DNA of 64,000 nucleotides, taken from contig JAHFML010000003.1 in NCBI GenBank assembly GCA_023269085.1, forward strand, positions 52,863 to 116,862, in the 5' to 3' direction. Shown here one piece after another: positions 27,256 to 39,472 of this stretch. Source of the stretch: a bacterium (GTDB lineage: Bacteria; Patescibacteriota; Minisyncoccia; Phycocordibacterales; Phycocordibacteraceae). Made by a program: the position numbers and the translations under genes. The notes under the pieces were generated by a model. It saw only the letters and a list, made by a program, of their open reading frames with translations, searched no databases and was not told the DNA's origin. How positions within the stretch are numbered: position 1 is the first letter of the stretch; each line of letters starts with the position of its first letter.

Positions 27256-29184
27256 TTACATACCGATGAGGACAGGGATGACCATCGGCGCTTTGTTGGT
27301 GCGCGCGAAGAGGAATCCGGCGACGACGTCGGTGAGATTATTCTTCACGTAGTCGAGATCGATCGGGTTCATCCCGTTCGTCGAATCTTCGATCGTCTTC
27401 TTGATCAAGATGCGCGCTTCGTTCAAGAGCGACTGGCTCTCGCGCAGGTAGATGAAGCCGCGGCTGATGATGTCGGGGCTCTTGCGAAGCTTGCCGGTCT
27501 TCAGGTTGACGCTCGCGATGATGACGAACATGCCGTCCTTGGCGAGCGACTGGCGGTCGCGGATAACGACCTCCTGCAAATCGCCGATAGTGAAGCCGTC
27601 GACGACGAGCGGTGCTGAGGGGACCTTCTCTTTGTGCACGACCATTTCCTTGCCGTCGATGATGTCGATGACGATGCCGTTGTCGGGGATGATGACGTTC
27701 TCCCTCGGGAAGCCGGCTTGCTCGACCGCGCGCGCGTGGCAGGTGGTCATCGAGCGGTAGCCGTAGCTCGGCATGAAGAACTTCGGATGCACCTTCTGAT
27801 TGATCCACACGAGCTCGCCTGAGTTGCCGTGGCCGGTCGAGTGCACATCCGAAGAGCGGTAGTGGATGATGGTCACGTTGTTGCGATACAAATTGTCCTT
27901 CAATTTTTGCACCGAGATCTCGTTGCCCGGGATGACGGAGGAGGAGAGGACGACGGTATCGCGATCGTTGAACTGGATGTACTTGTGCTGCTTGGTCGCG
28001 ATGCGCATGAGGGCCGCGAACTCTTCGCCCTGCGCGCCGGTCGCAAGCACGATGATCTTATTCGGCGGGTAGTCCTGCATGTCCTGCGCCTGGATCAGCG
28101 TATCTTTGTTGACGGTGAGGAGGCCGGCGCGCTCGGCGATCTCGATATTGGTCTTGATCGAGCGGCCTTCGGTGACGACCTTCTTGCCGTACTTCTCAGC
28201 GAACTGGATGATGTTGATCATGCGCTCGAACTGCGATGCGAAGGTGCCGATGATAAGGCGGCTCTGCACCGTCTTGACGATCTCCTCGAGGGTGAGGAGG
28301 ACGCGCGCCTCGGGGATAGAGAAGCCGTCGCGCTCGGCGTTGGTCGAGTCGGCGATGAAGAAGAGGTTATCGTCTTTGCCGATGTCGCCCCAGGTCTTCT
28401 GTTCGATCTCGGTCGGGACGCCGTCGACATGGTCGAGCTTCAAGTCGCCGGTGATGACCACGTTGCCGTAGGGCGTGCTCATCGAGACACCCATCGAGTC
28501 GGGAATAGAGTGCGTGACGGGGAAGAACTTCACTTTGGTCTTCCCGAGCGTTACCTCAGAGCCGACTTCGATTTCGTTGATGACCGGCGCGGGAACGTCT
28601 GGATACTCCTCTTGGCGGCGCTGGATCATGATGCTGGTCGCGCGACGCGTGTAGAGGGGCGGATTGCCGAAGCGGGGGAGGAGGAAGGGGATGCCGCCGA
28701 TATGGTCGAGGTGGCCGTGGGTGATGATGACCGCGCGGATACGATCCATGTTCTTCTCGAGGAACTTCGTGTTCGGGAGCGTGTAGTCGACGCCGGACAT
28801 GTTCTCTTCGTCTTTGAAGTGGAAGCCCGCGTCCATCACGATAATGTCGCCGTTCACATCGATAGCGACCATGTTGCGGCCGACCTCTTCGGCGCCGCCC
28901 AAGGGGACGATGCGAACAACGTTCTCGCCCGGCTTCTCGGGATAATAATCGGTCGTGCGCGGGGCGCGCGTGCCGCCGACGCCGGGGCGCCGGAGGATGC
29001 GCTGGATGCGCCGAGTGACGCCGCCCGGGCGGGAACCGCCGCGTGCGGTGCTGTCGCCAGTGCGTCGCGGGCCGCTGCGATGCGGAGGGCGCGTGGGGTG
29101 CTCGTGCGGTGTCGCTTCTGGACGCGGAGTGTGTGTCGGATGTGCTGGTGTCGGCGCGGGGGCCGGAGCAGGTGCTTGGTTCAT
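27256..29184 (-). CDS. rnj: Ribonuclease J with long Pro/Arg-rich N-terminal extension
   Basis: PLGGAEEVGRNM, THGHLDHIG, HSIPD, DSTNA, HSTGH. Confidence 0.95.
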   Translation of the reverse strand: MNQAPAPAPAPTPAHPTHTPRPEATPHEHPTRPPHRSGPRRTGDSTARGGSRPGGVTRRIQRILRRPGVGGTRAPRTTDYYPEKPGENVVRIVPLGGAEEVGRNMVAIDVNGDIIVMDAGFHFKDEENMSGVDYTLPNTKFLEKNMDRIRAVIITHGHLDHIGGIPFLLPRFGNPPLYTRRATSIMIQRRQEEYPDVPAPVINEIEVGSEVTLGKTKVKFFPVTHSIPDSMGVSMSTPYGNVVITGDLKLDHVDGVPTEIEQKTWGDIGKDDNLFFIADSTNAERDGFSIPEARVLLTLEEIVKTVQSRLIIGTFASQFERMINIIQFAEKYGKKVVTEGRSIKTNIEIAERAGLLTVNKDTLIQAQDMQDYPPNKIIVLATGAQGEEFAALMRIATKQHKYIQFNDRDTVVLSSSVIPGNEISVQKLKDNLYRNNVTIIHYRSSDVHSTGHGNSGELVWINQKVHPKFFMPSYGYRSMTTCHARAVEQAGFPRENVIIPDNGIVIDIIDGKEMVVHKEKVPSAPLVVDGFTIGDLQEVVIRDRQSLAKDGMFVIIASVNLKTGKLRKSPDIISRGFIYLRESQSLLNEARILIKKTIEDSTNGMNPIDLDYVKNNLTDVVAGFLFARTNKAPMVIPVLIGM

Positions 29185-29255
29185 ACTGGTTGAGTGGTTA
29201 TTCGGGCTTGTAAAATAATTAATGAGACCCGTACGAAAATGATAAGAAACTTTTT

Positions 29256-30992
29256 CTAGCGAGCGAAGAACGGCCAGACCGCGTCGGTCGCGCGATACCA
29301 CGAGGCGATCGTCGCGAAGCGATCAGAGGGAGTGATGATCTGAGGGAGCACGACGCCGGAGAGATCAGAGGGAATCGCGTAGATGAAGTCAGGCGAGTAG
29401 ATGAAGGCGGCAGGATAGTCGGCCGAAACTAGGTCTTCTATCTTCTGCAGAGCTTTGACGCGCGTCTCGGTATCTGTGGTCGTGCGTGCGTTCTCGAGTA
29501 GTGTGTCGACGGACTTATTCGCATAGAGGGCGATGTTCAGCCCGGGGTCGTTACGCTCTTGAGAATCCCAGAAGGCGTAGAGGTCTTGATCGCGGCCGAT
29601 GACCTCTCCATAGAGAAGAGCATCATACTTACGCGGGCGGATGACGTTCTGTGACAGGTCGCCCGGCTCATAGAGCTCGATAGCGACGCCCACGCCGAGT
29701 TTCTCCCACCCCGCCTTTACCGCACCCGCGACATTCTTGAGTTCAGGAACATTACTTGTGCGGATGGTGATGGTGGGAATCGTGAGCTTTGCTTTCGTTC
29801 CGCCTTGGGCGAATTGCCAGACACGCGACGAGCCGTCGTATGTCCAGCCACTCATGGTCAATACCTGGGCCGCGTTCGTAATCGGGTCGCTCGTCGTTGG
29901 GATGGTCGTTTGAGTTACATTCCCGCCAGGGGGAACGGGCCCTAGTATCGGTGTCGCGTAGCCGCCCAGAACCGAGGTGATAATAGCTTTACGGTCGATG
30001 GCCAACGAAAGCGCCTTGCGTACTTCAGTCCGCGCATAAATCTTTTGCTGATCGGGATTCCAGAACACGCCGAAGACGCGCGCATACGGTGCGGTTACGA
30101 CATGCGTCGAAGGAATGCCATATGCGCTCTCTATTGAACCGTTCTTGAGCGCATTCGCCTTATCATCACTGTTCGTGTAGAAGGTGAAGGTAATCTCGTC
30201 GAGATATGGCCGACCAAGTACATATTTCTGATTCGCGCCGAGCGATACGCTCTTGATAAGACCGGACGCATCGCGCGAGATGCTCACAATCTTGAACGGT
30301 CCGTTCCCGACAGGATTCGTCTCGAGGGTAGAGAAGGGGAACTCTGTGGTACCGATGCTCTGCCAGAGGTGCGCCGGCAGGATGCCAAGCGTTGTGAGAC
30401 CGATGAATGGCGAATAAGGCTTCGTGAGCGTGAAGCGCACCGTCCCCTTATCGACGGCGACGACTGACACGCCTGACCAGTTCGCGTACTCCGGGCTCTT
30501 GAGCGCGGGGTCCTGCGCTTTCTTCACAGTGAAGACGACATCATCTGCTGTTATTGGCGTCCCATCGGTAAAGAGGGCGTTAGGACGCAGGGTGAAGGTG
30601 TAGATTTTACCGTCGTCGCTCACCGTGTAGTCGCTCGCGAGCACCGGCACGAGATTGCCCTTGCCGCCGATGCCCATGAGTCCTGCGTAGGTTAGGCTTG
30701 ACAGATCACGATCGGCGTCGCTGATAGCGAGAAGCGGATTTATGAATTGTGGAGAACCTATTTCTCCTTCAGAGAGCGTGCCGCCATAAGTCGGTACTTG
30801 CACCAAGAGCGCCTGCTCGAGAGCCATGAAGCTCGCAATCGACGAAATGACAACGCCGAGAGCGAGTATTGAGAAAATAGCGCGGTCGCCGCGCGAGAGC
30901 GCGACGACATACTCGCTCGCATGTTCGAACATCGCGGCGCGCCGAATGCGTTTCATTTCTGCTCGCCAATCCGGGCGGCTGTCATCCGTCAT
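29256..30992 (-). CDS. Peptide ABC transporter substrate-binding protein (family 5)
   Basis: YTFTLR...DGTPITADDVVFT, PVGNGPFK, VRKALSLAIDR. Confidence 0.88.
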   Translation of the reverse strand: MTDDSRPDWRAEMKRIRRAAMFEHASEYVVALSRGDRAIFSILALGVVISSIASFMALEQALLVQVPTYGGTLSEGEIGSPQFINPLLAISDADRDLSSLTYAGLMGIGGKGNLVPVLASDYTVSDDGKIYTFTLRPNALFTDGTPITADDVVFTVKKAQDPALKSPEYANWSGVSVVAVDKGTVRFTLTKPYSPFIGLTTLGILPAHLWQSIGTTEFPFSTLETNPVGNGPFKIVSISRDASGLIKSVSLGANQKYVLGRPYLDEITFTFYTNSDDKANALKNGSIESAYGIPSTHVVTAPYARVFGVFWNPDQQKIYARTEVRKALSLAIDRKAIITSVLGGYATPILGPVPPGGNVTQTTIPTTSDPITNAAQVLTMSGWTYDGSSRVWQFAQGGTKAKLTIPTITIRTSNVPELKNVAGAVKAGWEKLGVGVAIELYEPGDLSQNVIRPRKYDALLYGEVIGRDQDLYAFWDSQERNDPGLNIALYANKSVDTLLENARTTTDTETRVKALQKIEDLVSADYPAAFIYSPDFIYAIPSDLSGVVLPQIITPSDRFATIASWYRATDAVWPFFAR

Positions 30993-31228
30993 GCTCCTGA
31001 CAGAAGGAAGCTCGCTATCGCCGCAAGTACGAGCAAAATCGCGATAAGTACGGTCGCGTTGAATAGGAATTTCTCCGCGCCTCTGCGCTTGTAGAAAGTT
31101 GACGCGAAATTATCACCGCCGAAGGCTCCGCCGAGGGTCGCGCCGCGCTGTTGGAGCACGATGCCGACGATAAGGAGCAGGGCGAGGGTGATCTCTGCGT
31201 ACGGTAGTGCCGATACGAGTGCTTCCAT
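30989..31228 (-). CDS. secG: Preprotein translocase subunit SecG
   Basis: LQQRGATLGGAFGG...RRGAEKFL, two TM segments. Confidence 0.9.
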   Translation of the reverse strand: MEALVSALPYAEITLALLLIVGIVLQQRGATLGGAFGGDNFASTFYKRRGAEKFLFNATVLIAILLVLAAIASFLLSGA

Positions 31229-31336
31229 CTGTGCTCTCAAGATACCATGCCGCCCGCGCGTCGTGCAAGTCGATGAAAACGGGTGGACACTAGGTGTCCA
31301 CCCGTCTGTCGCCTACCGGCATCGCATATTATTCAA

Positions 31337-31542
31337 TCAAAGCTCGTCCGGGCGGATGCCTGCGTACTTCAAGATCTCGTGCAAAGTGTCTTGTACCCGC
31401 CGATGGCGTCCTCGGCCATCTGGTGCGCCTGTTCGACGGTCTTGCCGTAAGTAATGCATCCGGGCAGAGAGGGAACAATGACGGTATAGCCGCCCTCCGG
31501 CTCCGGCCGCAGGATTATTTGGTACGACGCCGTCTTTTTCAT
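31337..31542 (-). pseudogene. hicB-hicA deletion remnant
   Basis: HicB N-terminus (EGGYTVIVPSLPGCITYGKT) joined out of frame to a HicA-like C-terminus (TLHEILKYAGIRPDEL). Confidence 0.65.
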
Positions 31543-31650
31543 GGCTGCATTGTACCATATTCGTACAAAAAGTTGCATCACGTCGCACAGGGTCTATACT
31601 TCGAACACCAGTGCTCGGGCGATTATTCATTTATATAGATACAAAAGACT

Positions 31651-31956
31651 ATGACAAAGAAACTGTCACTTATACCGCTTGGCGACAAGATTGTGGTCCT
31701 GCCGTCAGAAAAGGAAGGCGAGAAGAAGCTCGCCTCGGGCATCATCATCCCCGAGACGGTGGACAAGGAGAAGCCGGCGCAGGGCACGGTGGTCGCAACA
31801 GGCCCGGGAAAATATGAAGACGGCACACGCATCCCGATGCAGGTCGCGGTCGGCGACCTCGTCCTCTTCAGCAAGTACGGCTACGACGAAGTGAAGGTCG
31901 ACGGTGAAGACTATTACATCCTTGCGGAGTCGAATGTGCTCGGCATTATTAACTAG
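31651..31956 (+). CDS. groES: Co-chaperonin GroES
   Basis: PLGDKIVV, SGIIIP, VGDLVLFSKYG. Confidence 0.97.
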   Translation: MTKKLSLIPLGDKIVVLPSEKEGEKKLASGIIIPETVDKEKPAQGTVVATGPGKYEDGTRIPMQVAVGDLVLFSKYGYDEVKVDGEDYYILAESNVLGIIN

Positions 31957-31995
31957 CAATTAGGCGCTGGGCTCTAGGAATGAACATCCAGCTAG

Positions 31996-33668
<1,673 letters not shown>

Positions 33669-33746
33669 CAACATTGTGAAAGTCTGACTTTCACAAACAG
33701 CGCGGCGGGGCAGAGCCCCGCCGCGCTTTTGTGGTACAATCGAGTT

Positions 33747-33995
33747 ATGAATAAGTTAGCTAACCAGCCAACAAAGCGCCCTTCTTTTGCCGTCGAGTTC
33801 GACCGCGAGGTGGATGGTCGCTGGATTGCCGAGATAACTCGACTCCCGGGCGCTATGGCCTATGGCGCGACGAGGCGCGAGGCACTTGAGCGCGTCTATG
33901 CGATCGCACTCCGCACGCTCGCCGACAATGTCGAGCAGGGCGCTCTCTTTACGCCGGTCTCGCGCATGTTCGGCTATGGAATGGCGAGCCGTTAA
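33747..33995 (+). CDS. HicB family antitoxin
   Basis: DGRWIAEI..LPGAMAYG.TR.EA. Confidence 0.85.
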   Translation: MNKLANQPTKRPSFAVEFDREVDGRWIAEITRLPGAMAYGATRREALERVYAIALRTLADNVEQGALFTPVSRMFGYGMASR

Positions 33996-34185
33996 GGCTC
34001 CGCGCGTGTTGAAGGCGCTCATTGCGAAGGGTTGGGTTATCAAACGACAGAAAGGTTCGCATCGTATTCTCGCGCGGCATGGCCAACCGAATTTTACTTT
34101 TGCTTTTCATCTACAAGAAGAAATCGGCCCGCACATGCTTGTGCGCATCGCTAAACATACCGGGCTCACATCAGAGGATTTGTAG
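33976..34185 (+). CDS. HicA family toxin
   Basis: GWVIKRQKGSH, EIGPHML. Confidence 0.88.
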   Translation: MEWRAVKAPRVLKALIAKGWVIKRQKGSHRILARHGQPNFTFAFHLQEEIGPHMLVRIAKHTGLTSEDL

Positions 34186-34349
34186 TCGCAGAGCGTTGCC
34201 ACCGAGATTATCGCCTCGCGTAAATAAATCACCAGCAAAAATACATAGGGTAGTCCTATGTATTGAACACACGCGGCCGCCCATTGGGGCGGCCGCAGGT
34301 TGGATTATAATAGCAAGCGTTACCATGACTGATGAGGTATACTTTTGCT

Positions 34350-35165
34350 ATGAATAATGAGCGGCCTCAAAAATCGCTTTCATCTGAAGAGAATATTGAA
34401 CGAGAACAACCAACTCGAACACCAGAAGTTCACCATGACTGGCCATTGATTACCTATGAGTACTCAAGACTGTATCTCGACCTAGCAGACAAACACCTTG
34501 AGAAAGATGACCCGCTGCGTGCAAGAATTGTTGACTATTTTTCCGAGTCGGAACGACTAGAACATGAGTTGAGAACGCTGTTTGCAGGACTCGATGACGA
34601 CGAGATTCATCAGAGAATGGAAGATGTGGCGAAACAGCTTTTCGATAGAACATTCTTCGTTGAACATTACCAGAAAATCTTTGAGCGTATGGACGCCCAC
34701 AATGGAATAAAGGAACGGACGATCGAGCGTCCAATGGCGACGCAGGAAGAATACGATCTCGGCACCTATAAAGAAGGATTGGAACGGCAAGTAAGAGACG
34801 CTTGTTTCCTTTTGAGCAAAAAGGGTTACAAGACGTTCGAATCAGGCTTTCGCGAGAAGGAGGACGATCGAGATCAGTATCTCGGTGTGAGTAACAAGAC
34901 AGTTGAAATACCCGATGAGGTTATCGCGCGTCTCAAAGAAAAACAATTCGAGGTGTCGATTATTCGCCAAAATGACAGGACTATCATAAATATTCATCCT
35001 GAAAAGACAGACGCGGTTACTCTGGAGGAATGGGAGGAGATCTGGAATGAATTGGCACGAGGTATGCCTGCGGCGAAATCAGAAGATTTTTCTGGAGTCA
35101 AAATATACGAACTCCACCGCACCTTCCGGGAACGACAAGATGTTCTGAGGCGTTTGCATTTCTAA
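34350..35165 (+). CDS. Hypothetical protein (low GC, acidic)
   Basis: Long ORF with TATACT -10 box just upstream of ATG. Confidence 0.7.
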   Translation: MNNERPQKSLSSEENIEREQPTRTPEVHHDWPLITYEYSRLYLDLADKHLEKDDPLRARIVDYFSESERLEHELRTLFAGLDDDEIHQRMEDVAKQLFDRTFFVEHYQKIFERMDAHNGIKERTIERPMATQEEYDLGTYKEGLERQVRDACFLLSKKGYKTFESGFREKEDDRDQYLGVSNKTVEIPDEVIARLKEKQFEVSIIRQNDRTIINIHPEKTDAVTLEEWEEIWNELARGMPAAKSEDFSGVKIYELHRTFRERQDVLRRLHF

Positions 35166-35326
35166 CAGCGTTCTCGTATAGTGTCTCTAACGCATCTTGG
35201 CGTCGCTCTTTGGCTTGTCTGCTTTGTGAGTTGGCGGGCCGCGGAGCTTTTTTCCGACTCGCTTGTCTGCCGACAGGCAGGCGTCGGAATGATTCGTGAT
35301 TTACTAAAACATTACCGATAATCATT

Positions 35327-36532
35327 ATGGCAACAGCAGAATTCAATCGTGCGAAGCCGCACATGAACGTGGGCACCATCGGCCACGTTGACCACGGCAA
35401 GACGACCCTCACCGCCGGCATTCTCAATATCCTCTCGAAGCTTACGGCCGAGGGCTATGCCGCTCGCGTCGAAGGCGTCGACAACATCGACAGCGCACCA
35501 GAGGAGAAGGCGCGCGGTATCACTATCGCGCTCCACCACTCTGAGTATGAGTCGCCGAACCGCCACTACGCGCACATCGATGCGCCGGGCCACGCCGACT
35601 ATATCAAGAACATGATCACCGGCGCCGCCCAGATGGACGGAGCGGTTCTCGTGGTCGCCGCGACCGACGGCGTGATGCCGCAGACGCGCGAGCACATCCT
35701 CCTCGCAAAGCAGGTGGGCCTCAAGAAGCTTATCGTCTTCCTCAACAAGGTGGACATGGTGGACGAGCCGGACCTCATCGACCTCGTCGAAGAAGAGATC
35801 CGCGAGCTCCTCACCAAGCAGGGCTACGACGGCGCGAATACGCCGATTATCCGTGGCTCGGGGCTCAAGGCGCTCGAGGCAACTGACGTGAGCGACGAAT
35901 GGGCGCAGAAGGTGAAGACTCTCGTCGACACGATGGACACTTACTTCGATCTCCCTGAGCGCGAAGTCAACAAGCCGTTCCTCATGCCGATCGAGGACAT
36001 CTTCTCGATCGAAGGTCGCGGCACCGTCGTCACGGGTCGCATCGAGCGCGGTATGGTCAAGGTCGGCGAAGAAGTCGAGATCATCGGCATCAAGCCGACG
36101 ATGAAGTCGACCGTCACCGGTATCGAAATGTTCAACAAACAGCTCTCGGAGGGTCAGGCAGGCGACAACGCCGGCATCCTCCTCCGCGGCACCAAGAAGG
36201 AGGATGTGCATCGCGGCCAGGTCCTCGCGAAGACGGGCTCGGTCACGCCGCACACCGACTTCGAGGCCGAGGTCTATGTCCTTGGCAAGGACGAAGGCGG
36301 TCGTCACACGCCGTTCTTCTCGGGCTACAAGCCGCAGTTCTATATCCGCACCACCGACGTGACGGGCGAAGTCACGCTCCCGGAGGGTAAGGAGATGGTC
36401 ATGCCGGGTGACACCGTCACCTTCAAGGTGAAGCTCACCGCACCGGTCGCGCTCGAAGCGCAGCAGCACTTTGCTATTCGCGAAGGCGGCCGCACCGTCG
36501 GCGCCGGCGTCGTGACTAAGATCACGGCATAA
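35327..36532 (+). CDS. tuf: Elongation factor Tu
   Basis: [32 protein letters not shown]. Confidence 0.99.
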   Translation: MATAEFNRAKPHMNVGTIGHVDHGKTTLTAGILNILSKLTAEGYAARVEGVDNIDSAPEEKARGITIALHHSEYESPNRHYAHIDAPGHADYIKNMITGAAQMDGAVLVVAATDGVMPQTREHILLAKQVGLKKLIVFLNKVDMVDEPDLIDLVEEEIRELLTKQGYDGANTPIIRGSGLKALEATDVSDEWAQKVKTLVDTMDTYFDLPEREVNKPFLMPIEDIFSIEGRGTVVTGRIERGMVKVGEEVEIIGIKPTMKSTVTGIEMFNKQLSEGQAGDNAGILLRGTKKEDVHRGQVLAKTGSVTPHTDFEAEVYVLGKDEGGRHTPFFSGYKPQFYIRTTDVTGEVTLPEGKEMVMPGDTVTFKVKLTAPVALEAQQHFAIREGGRTVGAGVVTKITA

Positions 36533-36556
36533 GTCATTAGCAGAATCCACACTCAT

Positions 36557-36991
36557 ATGGAACCAACCACGGAAGTAAAACCGAAAGCGACTAAAACTTC
36601 CTCAGGAAGTTCGTCCGACACTTCGCGAAGCGAAGTGTCTAGGAAGCGTGTTTCGAAGAAGGTCGCGGCCGTCGCTCCGGTAGTCGAGCACAAGCTCCGG
36701 ATCCGGGTTCGCGCCTATGAGCACAAGATTCTCGATCTCTCGGTGAAGCAGATCATGGACACAGCGGCGCGTTTCGACGCGGTGATCGTGGGCCCTGTCC
36801 CGCTCCCGACCGAGATCAAGCGTTGGACAGTGAACCGCTCGACCTTCGTCCACAAGGACGCGCGCGAGCAGTTCGAGATGCGCATCCATAAGCGCCTCAT
36901 CGACATCCGGAACCCGTCGCCGAAGGTGATCGAGGCCCTCACGAACCTCAATCTCCCCTCCGGTGTGACGATTGATGTGAAGATGGTGTAG
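36557..36991 (+). CDS. rpsJ: 30S ribosomal protein S10 with N-terminal extension
   Basis: GPVPLPT, REQFEMRIHKRLIDI; palindromic insert at 36591-36643. Confidence 0.96.
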   Translation: MEPTTEVKPKATKTSSGSSSDTSRSEVSRKRVSKKVAAVAPVVEHKLRIRVRAYEHKILDLSVKQIMDTAARFDAVIVGPVPLPTEIKRWTVNRSTFVHKDAREQFEMRIHKRLIDIRNPSPKVIEALTNLNLPSGVTIDVKMV

Positions 36992-36999
36992 ACGCCAAG

Positions 37000-37044
37000 A
37001 AAAAAGCACGCGGGCGCCCCAGAGGGGCGCCCGCGTGCTTTTTT
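37000..37044. terminator. Bidirectional intrinsic terminator after rpsJ
   Basis: A6-GCACGCGGGCGCCCC/GGGGCGCCCGCGTGC-T6. Confidence 0.85.
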
Positions 37045-37093
37045 GCTCCAACTGTGGTATCAGAAGAGAGGATTCACAACCAAGGAGACAGAG

Positions 37094-37552
37094 ATGTCAC
37101 AGACACCAGAACTTCGTATCATCTATTACGACACAGGCCTCCCGCGGGAGATTTCTAGTGAAATCCGCAGGAAGAATGCGGCAACTTGGGAAGAAACGAC
37201 TCTTCGAGGCGTCTTCCATTCGATTACGGTGAAGGGTGCCGTCGTTTCGGCAAAAATCGTCTTTCGCTGTTTTGTCGAGACCAAAAGCGCGACGACAAGG
37301 AAGCCGTCCGGTTTTTTCGCAAGATTCATGAAGCGAGAAAGTGATTCTGCCACAGAAGTCATCGAGGTGGTCGATCGGTGGAGTTGTGTCGGCGAAGATC
37401 TAGTGGGCATCGATTTCTGCGGTGAGTACAAACGTTTTTTGCTCGATACCATGAAGCGGAAAGGTATTGCGGTATTGGATACGACAATCAGTACCGTCTT
37501 CGACCCCATCCACGCACGGCTCTTCTATGAGTTGCGGAAGAAAAAGAAGTAA
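37094..37552 (+). CDS. Hypothetical protein inserted between rpsJ and rplC
   Basis: ORF with AAGGAGA SD and its own flanking hairpins. Confidence 0.65.
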   Translation: MSQTPELRIIYYDTGLPREISSEIRRKNAATWEETTLRGVFHSITVKGAVVSAKIVFRCFVETKSATTRKPSGFFARFMKRESDSATEVIEVVDRWSCVGEDLVGIDFCGEYKRFLLDTMKRKGIAVLDTTISTVFDPIHARLFYELRKKKK

Positions 37553-37711
37553 CCCCTCTCACGGCCCGCTCGCGCGGGCCGTTGTTCTGCCCGGGATTTG
37601 CAAATTTTGCCTACCTCGTGTAGAGTGCTTGAAACGCTACGTACCTCGCCTTGAGGGACCTCCAGCAAATCGCGCCACGCGATTGCTGTGGCGCGATTTG
37701 CTTTGACCCAC

Positions 37712-38347
37712 ATGAAATTCATCCTCGCCACCAAAGAGAACATGACCCGCGTCTTCGCGGAGGATGGTCGCGCCTATGCGGGCACTATCCTCTCGGTCGC
37801 GCCGATGACGGTCACGCAGGTGAAGACGGCTGAAGGGAAGGACGGCTACGCGGCGGTACAGGTGGGCACCGGCGAACGCAAGACGAAGAACATCAGCAAG
37901 GCGGTCTTGGGCCACACGGGTGGCAAGGGCTATGAGGCTATCCGCGAATTCCGCCTGCCTACCGGTCAGGCAGGTGATGGCGACGTAGCCGAGGTGGGCG
38001 CGACGCTCGATGCCTCAGTCTTCGCGAAGGGCGATATGGTCGAGGTCTCGGGTCTCACCAAGGGCAAGGGCTTTGCCGGCGTGGTGAAGCGCCACGGCTT
38101 CCACGGTGGCCCGCGCTCGCACGGTCAGAAGCACACCGAGCGCTCGCCGGGCTCTATCGGCGGCTCAGGCGGGCGCGCCGGTGGGCGCGTCGTGAAGGGG
38201 AAGAAGATGGCGGGCCGCATGGGTACCGATCGGGTGACGGTCGCCAATCTCAAGGTCCTCGCGGTCGACGCAAAAGCAGGGATGATAGTCATCTCGGGCG
38301 CCGTGCCGGGTCGTCGCGGCACACTCCTCGAAGTCGTGTCCGCATAA
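37712..38347 (+). CDS. rplC: 50S ribosomal protein L3
   Basis: KGKGFAGVVKRHGF, KMAGRMG. Confidence 0.97.
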   Translation: MKFILATKENMTRVFAEDGRAYAGTILSVAPMTVTQVKTAEGKDGYAAVQVGTGERKTKNISKAVLGHTGGKGYEAIREFRLPTGQAGDGDVAEVGATLDASVFAKGDMVEVSGLTKGKGFAGVVKRHGFHGGPRSHGQKHTERSPGSIGGSGGRAGGRVVKGKKMAGRMGTDRVTVANLKVLAVDAKAGMIVISGAVPGRRGTLLEVVSA

Positions 38348-38357
38348 TTTCAATACT

Positions 38358-39080
38358 ATGACTACTGCAAAAGACATGAAAGAGATAAAGACGGTCGCGC
38401 CGACGACATTCGAACTCCCTGTCTATTCGATGGAAGGGAAGAAAGTCTCGACGGCCATACTCCCGGAAGCGATTTTCAATGCACCGTGGAAGACTGATCT
38501 CGTGCACCAGGTGACCACCGCGATGCAGGCCAACCTGCGCCAGAACCGCGCCCACACCAAGGACCGCGCCGAGGTCTCGGGCGGTGGCCGTAAGCCGTGG
38601 AAGCAGAAGGGCACCGGCCAAGCGCGCCATAGCTCGACCCGTTCGCCGATATGGCGTCACGGCGGCGTGACCTTCGGCCCGCGCAATGAGCGCGACTACA
38701 GCGAGAAGATCAACAAGAAGATGCGCATGGGCGCGCTCCTCTCGGTGCTCTCTCACAAGGCGAAGGACGGTGAAATTATCTTGGTTGACTCATTCGGCTT
38801 CACGGCACCGAAGACCGCACTCGCGAAGACGGCGCTCGGGAAGCTTGCTGTCGGTGCCGGTGCAGAAGCTTTGGTGACGAAGAAGAAGAACGCCGCGCTC
38901 CTCGCACTCGCCGCGTACGACGAGAACACGATCAAGAGCTTCGCCAACTTCGGCAATCTCACGACCGAGGAGGCGCGCAATCTGAACCCGCTCTCGATCA
39001 TGTCCTGCAAGTATCTCATTATCGAGAAGCCGGTTGAGACGTTTGCCGCTCTCGCGACGCGCCTCGGCAAAAATACATAA
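38358..39080 (+). CDS. rplD: 50S ribosomal protein L4
   Basis: GGGRKPWKQKGTGQAR, GGVTFGP. Confidence 0.97.
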   Translation: MTTAKDMKEIKTVAPTTFELPVYSMEGKKVSTAILPEAIFNAPWKTDLVHQVTTAMQANLRQNRAHTKDRAEVSGGGRKPWKQKGTGQARHSSTRSPIWRHGGVTFGPRNERDYSEKINKKMRMGALLSVLSHKAKDGEIILVDSFGFTAPKTALAKTALGKLAVGAGAEALVTKKKNAALLALAAYDENTIKSFANFGNLTTEEARNLNPLSIMSCKYLIIEKPVETFAALATRLGKNT

Positions 39081-39086
39081 TTATAT

Positions 39087-39452
39087 ATGGCAATCTTCGG
39101 CGACAAAAAGAAAGAAAAGAAGGAGGTTACGAGCGTGGTACGTCACGCGCACGCGGTCAACGCGACCCACGGGAGCGCGCACGACATCATCCGCGCGCCG
39201 TGGTTCTCTGAGAAGGCGCTCCTCGGCACCGACAAGGGCGTGTATGTCTTCGCCGTCGCCCCGCGCGCAACCTCGGCACAGGTCGCGGGCGCCATCCGCG
39301 AGATCTACAAGGTGACGCCGAAGTCGGTCCACCTCGCGAACTTGCCGGGCAAGAAGAAGGCGATGCGCTCGCGCCACGGCATGGGGCAACGCGCCGCACG
39401 GAGCAAGGCCTATGTCTATTTGAACGCGGGCGACAGCATCCAGTTTGCCTAA
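39087..39452 (+). CDS. rplW: 50S ribosomal protein L23
   Basis: P..SEKA, KAYVYL; between rplD and rplB. Confidence 0.9.
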   Translation: MAIFGDKKKEKKEVTSVVRHAHAVNATHGSAHDIIRAPWFSEKALLGTDKGVYVFAVAPRATSAQVAGAIREIYKVTPKSVHLANLPGKKKAMRSRHGMGQRAARSKAYVYLNAGDSIQFA

Positions 39453-39472
39453 AGCCTAGCGCCTAATTATCT

